Assembly: GCA_964106645.2 (NCBI GenBank)
Contig: OZ067050.1
DNA from: Podarcis pityusensis
Lineage: Eukaryota
DNA length: 64,000 nucleotides
Reading direction: 5' to 3' (one strand)
Below the pieces are notes generated by a model. That model did no database searches. It was not told the DNA's origin and was given only the letters and a program-made list of their open reading frames with translations. This document shows positions 1 to 50,975 of the stretch, piece by piece (the first letter of the stretch is position 1; the number at the start of each line of letters is the position of its first letter). A program made the translations under genes and the position numbers.

Positions 1-918
1 TTTGAGTATTAGCAGCTGGCCAAGTCCCAGCTGCCAACCCACACCAACGTACACAGAGGGAGTAGTGGCTTTGACAATGGGACTGGTTTACTGTCTCTTG
101 GGGGCCGACTTGTCCCACCCTCCTCAAAGTGGCCCTCCAATAAAATGAGCTACTGACCAGGCTTTTAAACTAAGACATGGGGAGGGACAAAGGTCTTCAG
201 GCTTTTTGAAATTTGTGGATTCCGAAACACATAAATAGTTCCCATGCAGAAATGGAAGAAACCATAGTTTCACAAGCACCTGTACCAGCTGGAGACCAAT
301 GACATCAAAAAGTTGACATCTTGATATTTAACAATAACTGAGACAGAAGGAACTGCACCTTAAAAAAATAATAATAACACTATAGAGATCAAGCAACCCT
401 AAACGGTATATAATTTAGGTCAAAATGGATTATACAATGTAATCTCCTTTGCTTCTATTTGTTACTCAGCTACATTTAAGGGCTATAGCAAATATATCCA
501 CAATAAATGGCAAATGGTAGCATTATTAGAAAATATGCATGATTAAAGCAAGCACAATAAAGTTAGTCTAAGAAATACCATCACAGTGCCCTTTGTAGTC
601 CGGAGAAATATAAATCAAAGAAAACCATAAATAGCCCAAAGTAATTTTCAGAATAATACTACAACACTACAGGAGTGATGAAGCCAAATTTCAGAACTTG
701 TGAACAGATCCCACTGCAGGAAAGAGTTGTACCAATTTCTTGCTGTTAATACAAAAGCTAGTAATAAAATGTCTTCAAAAGGAGGGGAATTTGTCACTCA
801 TTCACTCTACATTCTGTTATGTAGTGATATCAAGTGGTACTGGAAAGCTTTATCTGCACCACCCATGGTATTCTTCTTAAGAAAGATGAAAAGCAGCAGT
901 CCTTCTGAGCTAGAGAAG

Positions 919-6883
<5,965 letters not shown>

Positions 6884-6899
6884 CTTGGCGAGACGAGCA

Positions 6900-7140
6900 A
6901 GATCGCAGTGGGGGCCCCTCCGGGAAGAGCGACGCCGCCGAAAGCAACACCGAACCCGGAAGCAACCGGCGGCGCCCGCCAATCACAAGCGCGGAAGAGG
7001 GCTAAACAGGGATGCCACGTGATGCTTTACGTCATCGAAAGCGACGCCTTAAGGAAAGGCGGAAGGAAGGAGCCTCGCGCAGACGAAGCGACGCGCCCGC
7101 CCTGCCCTCGGGGGAAGGGCCTCGGAGGGCGGGGCCTCTG
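6900..7140 (-). promoter_or_regulatory. CHMP5 CpG-island promoter
   Basis: CpG-rich 6600-7140. CCAAT 6979-6983, ETS-like CGGAAG sites, E-box CACGTG 7016-7021, CRE/ATF-like TTACGTCA 7027-7034, GC box near 7127. Confidence 0.7.
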
Positions 7141-8720
7141 TTTACATTATTCACTATATATGCTTTATTTATTTACTGTTTATTTATTGTTGCCGTTTGC
7201 TTGTACAGCCCTAGAATGACGGGGTTGTGCCCTATTGAAATACCGTAGTTCTGTTATGGGAATCCGACCTGAGGAAGGGGGAGAGACTGTTTGGCAATGA
7301 TCGAGGAATGTTGTTGTTAATATTATTTATTGCATTAAGATATCCCGCCTGTTTTTCTTCAAGGAGCTCAAGGTTCTCTCTGCCCCCCTTCCTTCTCATT
7401 TAATCCTCCACAACAACCCTGTGAGGTAGGTTAGGGCTGAGAAAAGGAAGCGACCGTGGCCCAAGGGCAAAACCAGCGAACTTCACGATGGCCGAGTGTG
7501 GGGGGCATTCGAACCCTGGTCTCCCCTAGGCCAGAGCTGGACACTTTAAGCACTGTGGCACCCTGGCTCTCAAGCAGACCAGTTTGTGTCTGTCGCGAAC
7601 CCTCTCTCTCAGCCTCTTTGGACGAGCTTTGCTTGTAGTATTATGTTGAGGCTTTTCCTAGCCACTCTCTCCACAAATAATGTTTAATATGCCTCTTTGT
7701 CACAGGGAGTAAACCAGTCTTTTTCAACAGTGGGTGTGTTACAGGATTTGAAAAAGCTGTGAGCGCCAGTCACAAAATGGCTGCCAGAGAGTGGAGCAGA
7801 ATCAAGCAGTTTGTATGCTCTCACAATGCTGCAGTGGAGCTTTGCAGATATTCAGAGCGGCCCTTGCCACCTGCTTTGTATTGTGCTGTTCTTCTCCCAA
7901 TATTGTATTCCCAACTACTACCACCACCATCTTCCAAGAGATCACTCTCCCCCACAGTGATGGAGTAAATGTCCTGCAGATGAGTGACAAAAGCACAGGT
8001 TGGCTCATCACTGTCTTGCAGCAAACATGAAATACAATTCAGGTTTCTAGTGCACCTTTACATTGTTAAACATAGTTCTCTCTCTTGATTGTAGAAGCTC
8101 AGCAACAAACCTGGAGAAGGAGGAGGCAGCTCTTCTGAGTTCTATGCAGATGAAGTTCATTTATAACAATGATGCAGGATAAGAGCCTTCTCTGTGGTGG
8201 TGCCCCATTTGTGGAATGCCCTCCCTTTATGGGTTCATCAGGCACCAACACTTGTTTCAGGATAAAGCAAAGCTATACAGTGTTGGTGCCTGTCTTCTAA
8301 GGGTAGGGGACATAGAATCATAGAGTTGGAAGAGACCACAAGGGCCATCGAGTCCAACCCCCTGCCAAGCAGGAAACACCATCAGAGCATCATTCAGCTT
8401 TTTAAGGAGTGTCTGTTTTAACCACTGCGCTTAACTGCCGCTGTGTGCTGGTGCTTATGAATGTGTATATTTTTAGTAAAGACATGTTGAGTTCAGCATG
8501 TTATTGATTTTATGAATACGAACAGCCCTATAAATTCAACTTTGCAATAATTTGAGGGACTGTTTTAAAAACACTGCTGTCTGTAAACAAGATGCATTTT
8601 CATTAAGATATTTGAAGTACATACAAAGTTACATACCTACCATAGAAAGCCCCACCACTTCAGAGACAAAATGCAACTGGTTTCATAACAGAAACAGATA
8701 AAATTGTTTACTTTATACAA

Positions 8721-8730
8721 TTTATTTATT
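8721..8730 (-). terminator. FH polyadenylation signal (overlapping AATAAA x2)
   Basis: Plus-strand TTTATTTATT is AATAAATAAA on the minus strand, about 30 nt after the FH stop codon. Confidence 0.6.
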
Positions 8731-8756
8731 TTCTGTTTGTACTACATTTGTCACAG

Positions 8757-20585
<11,829 letters not shown>

Positions 20586-20589
20586 GGCG

Positions 20590-20830
20590 GAGGCTGCGGA
20601 GGGAGGCGCCGCGGGCGGGGGGAGGGGGAGGGGGAGTGGGCGGAGTCGCAGCCAATGGGGTGGGAGGAAGGAGGGTTTCGCCCGCCCCCATGTTACCTGA
20701 GCGAGCCAATCAAGGAAACGGAGCAGGGCTTTAAAAAAAAAAAAAAGCAAAAGGGGCGGGCTCGACGAGGACAGCCAATGAAACTGCGGCTGCGCGATGC
20801 GCCAGCTGCAATGAGCAGGCGCGGGAACAA
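20590..20830 (-). promoter_or_regulatory. FH CpG-island promoter with three NF-Y-type CCAAT boxes and GC boxes
   Basis: AGCCAAT with CCAAT at 20652, 20706 and 20775; GGGGCGGG at 20753-20760. CpG island about 19950-20950. Confidence 0.7.
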
Positions 20831-20880
20831 CTGTCGCAGCTTTTCTGCTGCGCTTCCTCCTGGCTGTCAGCCTGTCAAAT

Positions 20881-20952
20881 TCCCTGGTGGTCTAGTGCTT
20901 AGGATTCGGCGCTCTCACCACTGCGCCGCGGGTTCGATTCCCAGTCAGGGAA
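20881..20952 (+). tRNA. tRNA-Glu(CTC)-derived sequence, probably a pseudogene or non-canonical copy
   Basis: 72 nt TCCCTGGTGGTCTAGTGCTTAGGATTCGGCGCTCTCACCACTGCGCCGCGGGTTCGATTCCCAGTCAGGGAA. About 6 differences from the canonical vertebrate tRNA-Glu-CTC as recalled: D-loop GG changed to GC, a C-A mismatch in the anticodon stem, two mismatches in the T stem. B box GGTTCGATTCC intact; no adjacent T4+ terminator. Confidence 0.85.
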
Positions 20953-20961
20953 CACTTCTTT

Positions 20962-21330
20962 GGGATGCGGGTGGTGCTGTGGCCTCCTGGGCTTCCCAAT
21001 CAGAAGGTGGGCAGCTCGAATGTGTGTGACAGATGTGAGCTCTCCTTCTTCTGCCCAGCTTCTGGCAGCCGAGCTGTTCAAAAGCACACCAGCGCAAGTA
21101 GATAAATAGATATACTGCTGTGGCAGGAAGGTAAACAGCGTTTCCGTGCACCCTGGTGCGCCCTCACGGTGTTTCGTTGCACCAGAAGTGGTTTAGTCCT
21201 GCTGGCCACATGACCCAGAAAGCCGTCTGTGGACAAATGCCGTCTCCCTCAGCCTGAAACGAGATGAGTGTCATAACCCCATCATCGCCTTTGACTGGAC
21301 TTAACCGTCCAGGGGTCCTTTACCTTTACC
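20962..21330 (+). mobile_element. Degenerate Sauria SINE directly downstream of the tRNA-Glu copy
   Basis: GGGATGCGGGTGGTGCTGTGG head, GCAAGTAGATAAATAG core, CCTTTACCTTTACC tail. Aligns by eye with the 25101 copy. Confidence 0.8.
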
Positions 21331-22879
21331 AATTCCTGCCACCTGTTGCAAAAACTGTGATTCTTCCTGAGTATGTTATATTTGAATTTGAAGGAAGGGC
21401 CATTATTTAGTTTAGGTTCCCCCCCCCCTTCCGTTTATGGTTTTCTTGCTTCCTATACTACTATTGCTGCCAGTTCTTTTCTGTAATTAAAGGGGGGAAA
21501 GTACTAGATGCAGAAGCTGTTTCGCAACTAACTGCTTGTTAAATCACTTTGGGTTCCCCAGGCAAGACAAAGCCGCCCTGAGACCTCCGGAAATTCAATA
21601 AATAATAAATTCAATAAACAATAATAATAAAGCAACTAACAAATTAAATAAATAATAACTTGTAGTTGGGTTCAGATCCCAACATGGCAGAAAATAGTAA
21701 AAGGGCATTTTAACTTCACTATGCCTAAAGTTAATCAACTACCTTACCCCATGTGCCCACTTTGACTGGCAGAACTGGTACTGCTGCAGGTGCCACATAA
21801 TACCAGATCTGCATTTGCAGCACCTGCACTTTGGAACTCCCTGCCTATTGAAATCCAGCGCTGTACGCTTCACTGAACACTTTTTGGCACCTGCTGAAAG
21901 CATCCATTTTTAGGCAAGTCTACCCAGATGCTTGAGGTGTAGTTTAATGTTTTAGTAATTTTAACTTTTTGTATGTTTTAATGTATTGTTTTTTCTTGAT
22001 TTATCTTTTTGTAAACTGCTTTGAGGTTGTTGTTTTTTACAATCAAGTGGTGTATAAATTTTATGAAATATAAAATTAAAATAAAGGCTGTTGTATAAGC
22101 AACCATGTCCTTATTTTTCAGTTCAATTGCTTGCCTGTTTGAGCAGGAAATCACAATTGAGTTCAACAGGGTTTATGTCCAGGCTACAGATTTGCAGCCC
22201 TGTTCTTAAGGGAGTCTGCTGCCTCTTTCCATATTTCATCTTATGGCAGAGACCCACACAGGTTTTATTTCCATTTTATTTTTATTTGCTCCACTGGTTG
22301 CTTTTCAGAGCCAAGCTCTCAAACCAATATCCAGAAATAAATAAAACAGAACCCTAGGCAGGGTATGAAGCACAGAGTAAATACAGACAAGAAGTAGGTG
22401 CGTGAGAGATACTGAATTGGATTACCAAAACTATTTTAAGGAAGGGCAGTGGTAAAAATAATTTTAAGGACTTACTGAATGCCAGAATGGAAGGGGCCAA
22501 GCAAATGTTAACTGGAAGAGTGTTCAGCAACTGGAACCTAACAGATCTTACCAGCTAGCGTATCAAGTAGGACCTCAATCTTACATGACATAAATAATCA
22601 TCATCATCATCATCATCATCTTTTATTTGTATCCCGCCCTCTCTGGCCAAGACTGGGCTCAGGGCGGCTTCCATCAAATATATAACACTGGTATAAAATC
22701 AAACAAAAATTACCTCCTAAAAATAAGCCAGGATCAAATTAAAATCTAATTAGATGGCTTTCCGCAGGATTAGGGTTGGGAACAGTAAATGTTCATTAGG
22801 CTTAACTGTTTACGCTGTTCTTATATGGGCCTGTGAGAATGCTGGGAGGCCTCTTTCATACTAGTTCTTATACAAAAAG

Positions 22880-23510
22880 AGAAGGGGAGTCAGGCTGAGC
22901 CCTGACCAAAGGCCTGGCGGAACAAATCCGTCTTACAGGCCCTGCGGAAAGATGTCAAATCGCACAGGGCCCTGATCTCTTGTGGCAGAGGGTTCCACTA
23001 GGCTGGGCCAGCCTGATCTCTCAGGGGCCTGGGATCTCCAAGCTGTTGTTATTTGCAGACCATAAGGTCCTCCGTGGGTGCATACCAGGAGAGGCAGTCC
23101 CGTAGGTGCGAGGGTCCTAGGCCGTATAGGGCTTTTAAGGTTAAAACTAGACCTTAAACCCGATCCTGTACTCCACTGGGAGCCAGTGAAGCTGGTATAA
23201 CACTGAATGAATGTGATCCCGCGGCGAAGACCCCATATGGAGTCTCGCCGCGGCATTCTGCACCCGCTGGAGTTTCTGGGTCAGCTTCAAGGAGTGAATT
23301 ACAATAATCAAGCCTGGAGGTGACTGTTGCATGGATCACAGTGGCGAGATCAGGGTGAGAGAGGTAAGGGACCAACTGCTTAGCACGGCAGAGATGGAAA
23401 AATGCCGCCTTTGTTGTAGCTGCAACCTGCAACTCCATAGAAAGGGAGGCGTCGATGATTACACTCAAACTCTTGACAGAAGGCACTGGCGCTAATTGCG
23501 CACCCGCGGG
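22880..23510 (-). mobile_element. L2 LINE 3' fragment
   Basis: ORF pieces VKSLSVIIDASLSME...SRLDYCNSL, KLQRVQNAAARL and LHWLPVEYRI are L2 hallmarks. An older L2 remnant continues to about 24200. Confidence 0.85.
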
Positions 23511-23564
23511 AGTCATAAAGGAGCAAACAGTCCTTTAGGTAACCCAGTCCCAAACTGTTTAGGG

Positions 23565-23693
23565 CAGGCTTCCTCAATCTTAGCCCTCCAGATGTTTTGA
23601 GACTACAATTCCCATCATCCCTGACCATCCTAGCTAGGGTTCATGGGAGTTGTAGGCCAGAAACATCTGGAGGACCGAGCTTGAGGAAGCCTG
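23565..23693. mobile_element. hAT-type palindromic MITE nested in L2
   Basis: CAGGCTTCCTCAA...TTGAGGAAGCCTG TIR; perfect 8-bp TSD GTTTAGGG at 23557-23564 and 23694-23701. Confidence 0.88.
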
Positions 23694-24439
23694 GTTTAGG
23701 GCCTTGCAGATTAATACTAATGCATTGAGTTGGGCCTAGAAATACAATGCAACAACAGAAATGAGTTCAAACCTTCTGGCCCTCATTAGCATCCCAACAG
23801 TTGTATTTTTCACCAGTTAGTTTCTGGGTTGCTTTCAGAGGCTGCCTCACATAAAGGGCATTGCAGCAGTCTAATCTGAAGGAAAGGAGAGCATGAGCGA
23901 CCAGGGCCAGGTCTTACCACTCCAGATGGGGCCTGAGCTGCACTACTGGCTATTGCCCTACCTGTGCCTCTCCAGACAGCAGTGAGTTCAAGAGCAGTTC
24001 CAAGATGTATACCTGGTCCTTCAGGTGTTTCACAAGTGTCCCAGATTCCCTGGGAGTTGTAGGTGGAAAAGAAAGGTAAAGGTGTGTGCTATGAGCATAT
24101 TGACGGCAACACATCCCAAATATTCAGTGACTTCCTCCAGCTGTTTCATGTAGATGTTGAGGAGTATTGGGGATAACATGGACGCCACAAGGCAGAGGTG
24201 GCACAGAACTCCCAGCTTTATCGCTTAAACATAAAGCCAGCTATTTTCTCTTTCTCCACCAACCCAACATTGTGTAACATCCAGCCTGATGGAAAAGTTC
24301 TGGGGAACTCTCACTACAGTGTGCAATTTTGGTGGATCTTCATAAAAGGTATTGTCTTACTCTGAATTTTAATTAAGCAGTATAAATAGCTTAAATAAAA
24401 GATAGGTGCAAATGCTCCATTTATAAACATAACATTTTC

Positions 24440-24740
24440 TCTCTCCAGAGCAAGCCTCTCAGAAAGTGTGTTTGGGAGGGTACCAAACCAATCAGTCAAG
24501 CATGTTCTTCTCTGCCCTTGTGGTGTGGAACCTCTCTTTGGCCAGTAGTCCATCATGGTACAATATTGCAAGCCTTTTCTGAAGACATAATCTGTGTAGC
24601 CAGCCATTCACTTCTAGTATTCATTCTCTTTTTAGCCCAAAACCTTCAGCAGGAAGGAGTAACAAACCACCAACGGTGTGCTACCAAGAGCCTCATATTC
24701 ACTTGCAGTGTGTTCAAAGCCGAGTGTGGCAGTACCATTT
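24440..24740 (+). mobile_element. Possible degenerate LINE (RTE-X/Rex-like) C-terminal fragment
   Basis: A plus frame reads ESVFGR...LLCPCGVE, resembling the zinc-knuckle region of such LINEs. Heavily decayed. Confidence 0.3.
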
Positions 24741-24870
24741 TTCCTGATGTGAATCAGCAGAAAGGGCTAACAGTCAGTGGGCTTGATAAACTTTCCAGTA
24801 CATCCTAGATGTATATACCAGAGGGACAGCAAACCTCACTTATATGTTGTATGCAGTTTTAACAAAAACA

Positions 24871-24871
24871 G

Positions 24872-24909
<38 letters not shown>
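24871..24909. repeat. (GTT)n microsatellite
   Basis: Direct reading. Confidence 0.95.
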
Positions 24910-25100
24910 ATACCCCACCCATCTGGCTGGGTTTCCCCAGCCACTCTGGGTGGCTTCTAGCAAAATATAAAAGTATAATAAAACATCAAATATTAGAAAC
25001 TTCACGATACAGGGCTGTATTGGGAATTTATACAATTAAGCCTCTTTTTTCATAATTTCCCCATGAATTTTTGTATTTTAAGCTTTTATTTGTGAACTAA

Positions 25101-25443
25101 GACGCGGGTGGCGCTGTGGGTTAAACCACAGAGCCTAGGACTTGCCGATCAGAAGGTCGGCAGTTCGAATCCCCGCAATGGGGTAAGCTCCCGTTGCTTG
25201 ATCCCTGCTCCTGCCAACCTAGCAGTTCGAAAGCACATCAAAGTGCAAGTAGATAAATAGGTACCACTCCGGCGGGAAGGTAAACAGCGCTGCTCTGGTT
25301 CGCCAGAAGCAGCTTAGTCATGCTGGCGACATGACCCGGAAGCTGCACGCCGGCTCCCTCGGCCAATAAAGCGAGATGAGCACCGCAACCCAGAGTTGGC
25401 CACGACTGGACCTAGTGGTCAGGAGGGGTCCCTTTACCTTTAC
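25101..25443 (+). mobile_element. Full-length Sauria SINE (tRNA-derived head, Bov-B-related tail)
   Basis: GACGCGGGTGGCGCTGTGGGTTAAACC...AGTTCGAATCCCC...GCAAGTAGATAAATAGGTACC...(ACCTTT)n tail. Direct repeat CTAAGAC at 25097-25103 and 25444-25450 (TSD). Confidence 0.88.
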
Positions 25444-26331
25444 CTAAGACATGTATAGCCAGAGACGTGTGTATAAAATATTTATGTTCTACTATTTCTG
25501 GGGTGTTCTTGAATTCTGCATAAAAGGGGACTCCATCCCCTTTTAAACATCTTCAGAGAGGCAGGGGTGAATAAAAAGCATGTTTGCACTAAAGATATCT
25601 GGAATTCTTACTCATGGAGAAAAGCCTTCTGGAAAGAAATTACTCCGCATATGCTAAAATTCTAATTACAAAAAATTAATCTGTGAAATCCAAGAACACA
25701 CACATGTTGAACAACATTAATGGAGAAATTGATAGAACTGTTTCCGTGCTGGCACACGCTGTACTTATATTCTTGTCCTATTTAATGTGCAGGATTTTTA
25801 CAAATACAAAGTAAATACATAATATGCACACTTGTCAATGAAATCAGAAAGCAGTTAGGAAAACTTTGTTTCAGATTTTTCAGACGATACTGATACGACA
25901 GCACTGAAGCATCTGAAAGAATATCCATCTATACATTGTGACCCTTTTCAGAGACGCACTCCAAACAAAGAATGCCTTACAAAGAATGCCAGATATACAA
26001 CTTTCAATTCTCAACAGTGTATTATTCACCTAGGTAAAGCTATTTAAGGGAGAGAGAGCTGGATTCTGCCAACAGACAGAAAAGTCCTACCAAGCTGTTA
26101 TGGATCTGCTATGATATTTGGTTTAGGCTTGACACTGTTCACAAGTTATAGTTGCAGCAACTGTGATTTAAATAAGTAATGTGAACTGTAAAATGTAGAG
26201 AATTATAAAGTTCTAAGACCACAATCCAATAGTTAAGTGCACTTAAACCCTTTCATTTCAATGGGTGTAAGTACTTCCAACTATTGGATAAATGGTGCTG
26301 TTTCTCTTAATCACCATACTGCATTTACTCT

Positions 26332-26337
26332 TTTAAT
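26332..26337 (-). terminator. Candidate SDHA poly(A) signal (ATTAAA variant)
   Basis: Plus-strand TTTAAT about 315 nt past the stop. I found no canonical AATAAA on the minus strand until about 25085. Confidence 0.35.
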
Positions 26338-26651
26338 GTATCGCTCTAAGAAAGTCAATACAAAATTGCACAGTCAAAATAAAGGTAATACATAAGAATT
26401 GCGTGCAGAGCTCCAGCTACTTAGAGAAACCTACAAACTCAAGCAGAGACAATATGAGATTACTTTGCTGCATGAGCTCTGTATTGCCATGATATATTAA
26501 CGCATGAAGCAATGGGCCAGTATACTAAGCTTCCTGGATTCTGCTGCAAATGAAGATCCTCTCAAACTTAATGCATTACAGTTGTCTAGTAGTAAGCTGC
26601 ATGATGTTCACTTCTGTACCAGGAAACTTACAAGGAACTCAGTGATAGTCA

Positions 26652-49243
<22,592 letters not shown>

Positions 49244-49700
49244 TTCGCACCGGCCCTCAGAAACTAGGCCGGGCAGAGAGCGGGCTTACTGCGCCTGCGC
49301 ACGAGAAACGGGGGAAGGTCGCCCTGACCGAACAATTGTCGAGGGCGGGCGGGAGGAACCAACCAACCAAGCGGGAGCTTTCAAAGGCACCTCACGGTCT
49401 AAAGGAACAGAGACGCGAAGTGCCTTTCTCGGTTCCCCCAAAGAGGAAAAGTATGTCTGCCTAGTGCTCTTTTGTACTCGAAAGAGTTTCCGAGGGGGGA
49501 AATAATTATTATCATCATCCTCCCCCTTGTCCTCACAGGGATGGTTCGTTCCAAGAGCGGGGCGGGGCTTGAAAGGGCACCTTGCGCAGGCGCAGAGAAA
49601 CCTTAGGTGGTCGCAACCGCTCGGAGGTTGAGGGGGAAGCTGCTTGTTTCTGGTTTTCTCCCTCCTTCCCCGTGAGGTGGGAGGGCGCTTAAGAATGCCC
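49244..49700. promoter_or_regulatory. SDHA/CCDC127 bidirectional CpG-island promoter with two NRF1 motifs
   Basis: TGCGCCTGCGCA at 49290-49301 and its reverse complement TGCGCAGGCGCA at 49583-49594. GC boxes present. YY1-type GCCGCCATTT at 49236-49245 overlaps the SDHA ATG. Confidence 0.75.
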
Positions 49701-50723
49701 ACGTTTTATAATAACAATAAGGTATGTTTGCATAGTAAATTTGTATTTATTGCCCGCCCTTCCCCTTAAGTCCCAGGGCGGATCACGGCACCAAAAGCAG
49801 AATAAAACAGTCCTTTTCGCAATAGCATTTACGTGTCTGCTTCTGCTACCAGGACCAAGAGAAAGCTTGACAGATGACAAGCGAAAAGGCAGAATCGAAC
49901 TCGGCCAAGAAGGTACTTGGGGGCCGGATTTTCTCCCTTGCTGGGGACCTAGTTGAACTAAAGGCTTCGCTGGATGCTTTCAAGGCACGTGGAATAGCAA
50001 CACACCCGTGTCTTTTCCCCGTCGTTCCCCCACTCCTTTTCTTACGTCTCAAACATTAAGTGGCCCTTTTATAAGTCAAGTAAAAGGTTCTGCTTTTCAG
50101 AAAGAAAACAGATTTGTGGCTGTGGGTGGAGTTGGCCGGGCTTGTTCCACTTGAGGCTGCGGTTAAGGATTTGTGTGGTTTAAATGTTCTTCCACTGGAG
50201 CAGAAAACAATTAAAAGTAGAGAGAGCTAATAACATTGAGGGATTGAAGGGTTCTAGACTAGGCTTTCCTGATAGCCTAGTTTTCTACATGCAGTGAACA
50301 TTTATACTGCCTTTATCTAGGATCGGAGAAACCGTAACCCTCCTCCAAGTGTTGTTGGACACCATCTTGGCCACGCCGCTGGCTGGCCTCAAGCATCTGG
50401 TGAGCCACAGGTTCCCCATCTTTGCCATACATTGGTATGAAAGTGCATCCTGGAAGGAGGGATGTTTTCAGCTACCCCAACCCCTAGGATGGACTGGGAG
50501 CAACGTCATGGGAGGGGTTTTTCTAGGACCAAGGTGAAACTGTAAAGCTGGCTTGTTATTCTTGCTGTTGGATGCTAGGTGTTGTTTACATAGTCTTCTT
50601 ACATTTATAATGTACTGTGGTTTTTGTGTTTTAAATTTGCTATTGTGTTGGTTTGATATGTTATTATGAAATTGACTTTTCACTGTTTGATTTTGAAATT
50701 CGTTCCTGTTTTCTTTGTTGTAA

Positions 50724-50975
50724 GAGAGCCAGAGTGGTGTAGTGGTTAAGAGCGGTGGACTCGTAATCTGGTGAACCGGGTTTGCGTCTCCGCTCCTCCA
50801 CATGCAGCTGCTGGGTGACCTTGGGCCAGTCACACTTCTTTGAAGTCTCTCAGCCCCACTCACCTCACAGAGTGTTTGTCGTGGGGGAGGAAGGGAAAGG
50901 AGAATGTTAGCCGCTTTGAGACTCCTGAAGAGGAGTGAAAGGCGGGATATCAAATCCAAACTCTTCTTCTTCTTC
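50724..50975 (+). mobile_element. Squam3-like tRNA-derived SINE
   Basis: Same family as the 15339 copy; (TTC)n tail; TAAG at both junctions. Confidence 0.8.

Noticed and set aside
1-918. CHMP5 polyadenylation signal
   Set aside because: I found no minus-strand AATAAA or ATTAAA in this stretch. The 3' end may lie outside the window or use a variant signal.
6979-7021. CCAAT plus CCACG resembling an ERSE element
   Set aside because: Spacing is about 31 nt rather than the required 9 nt.
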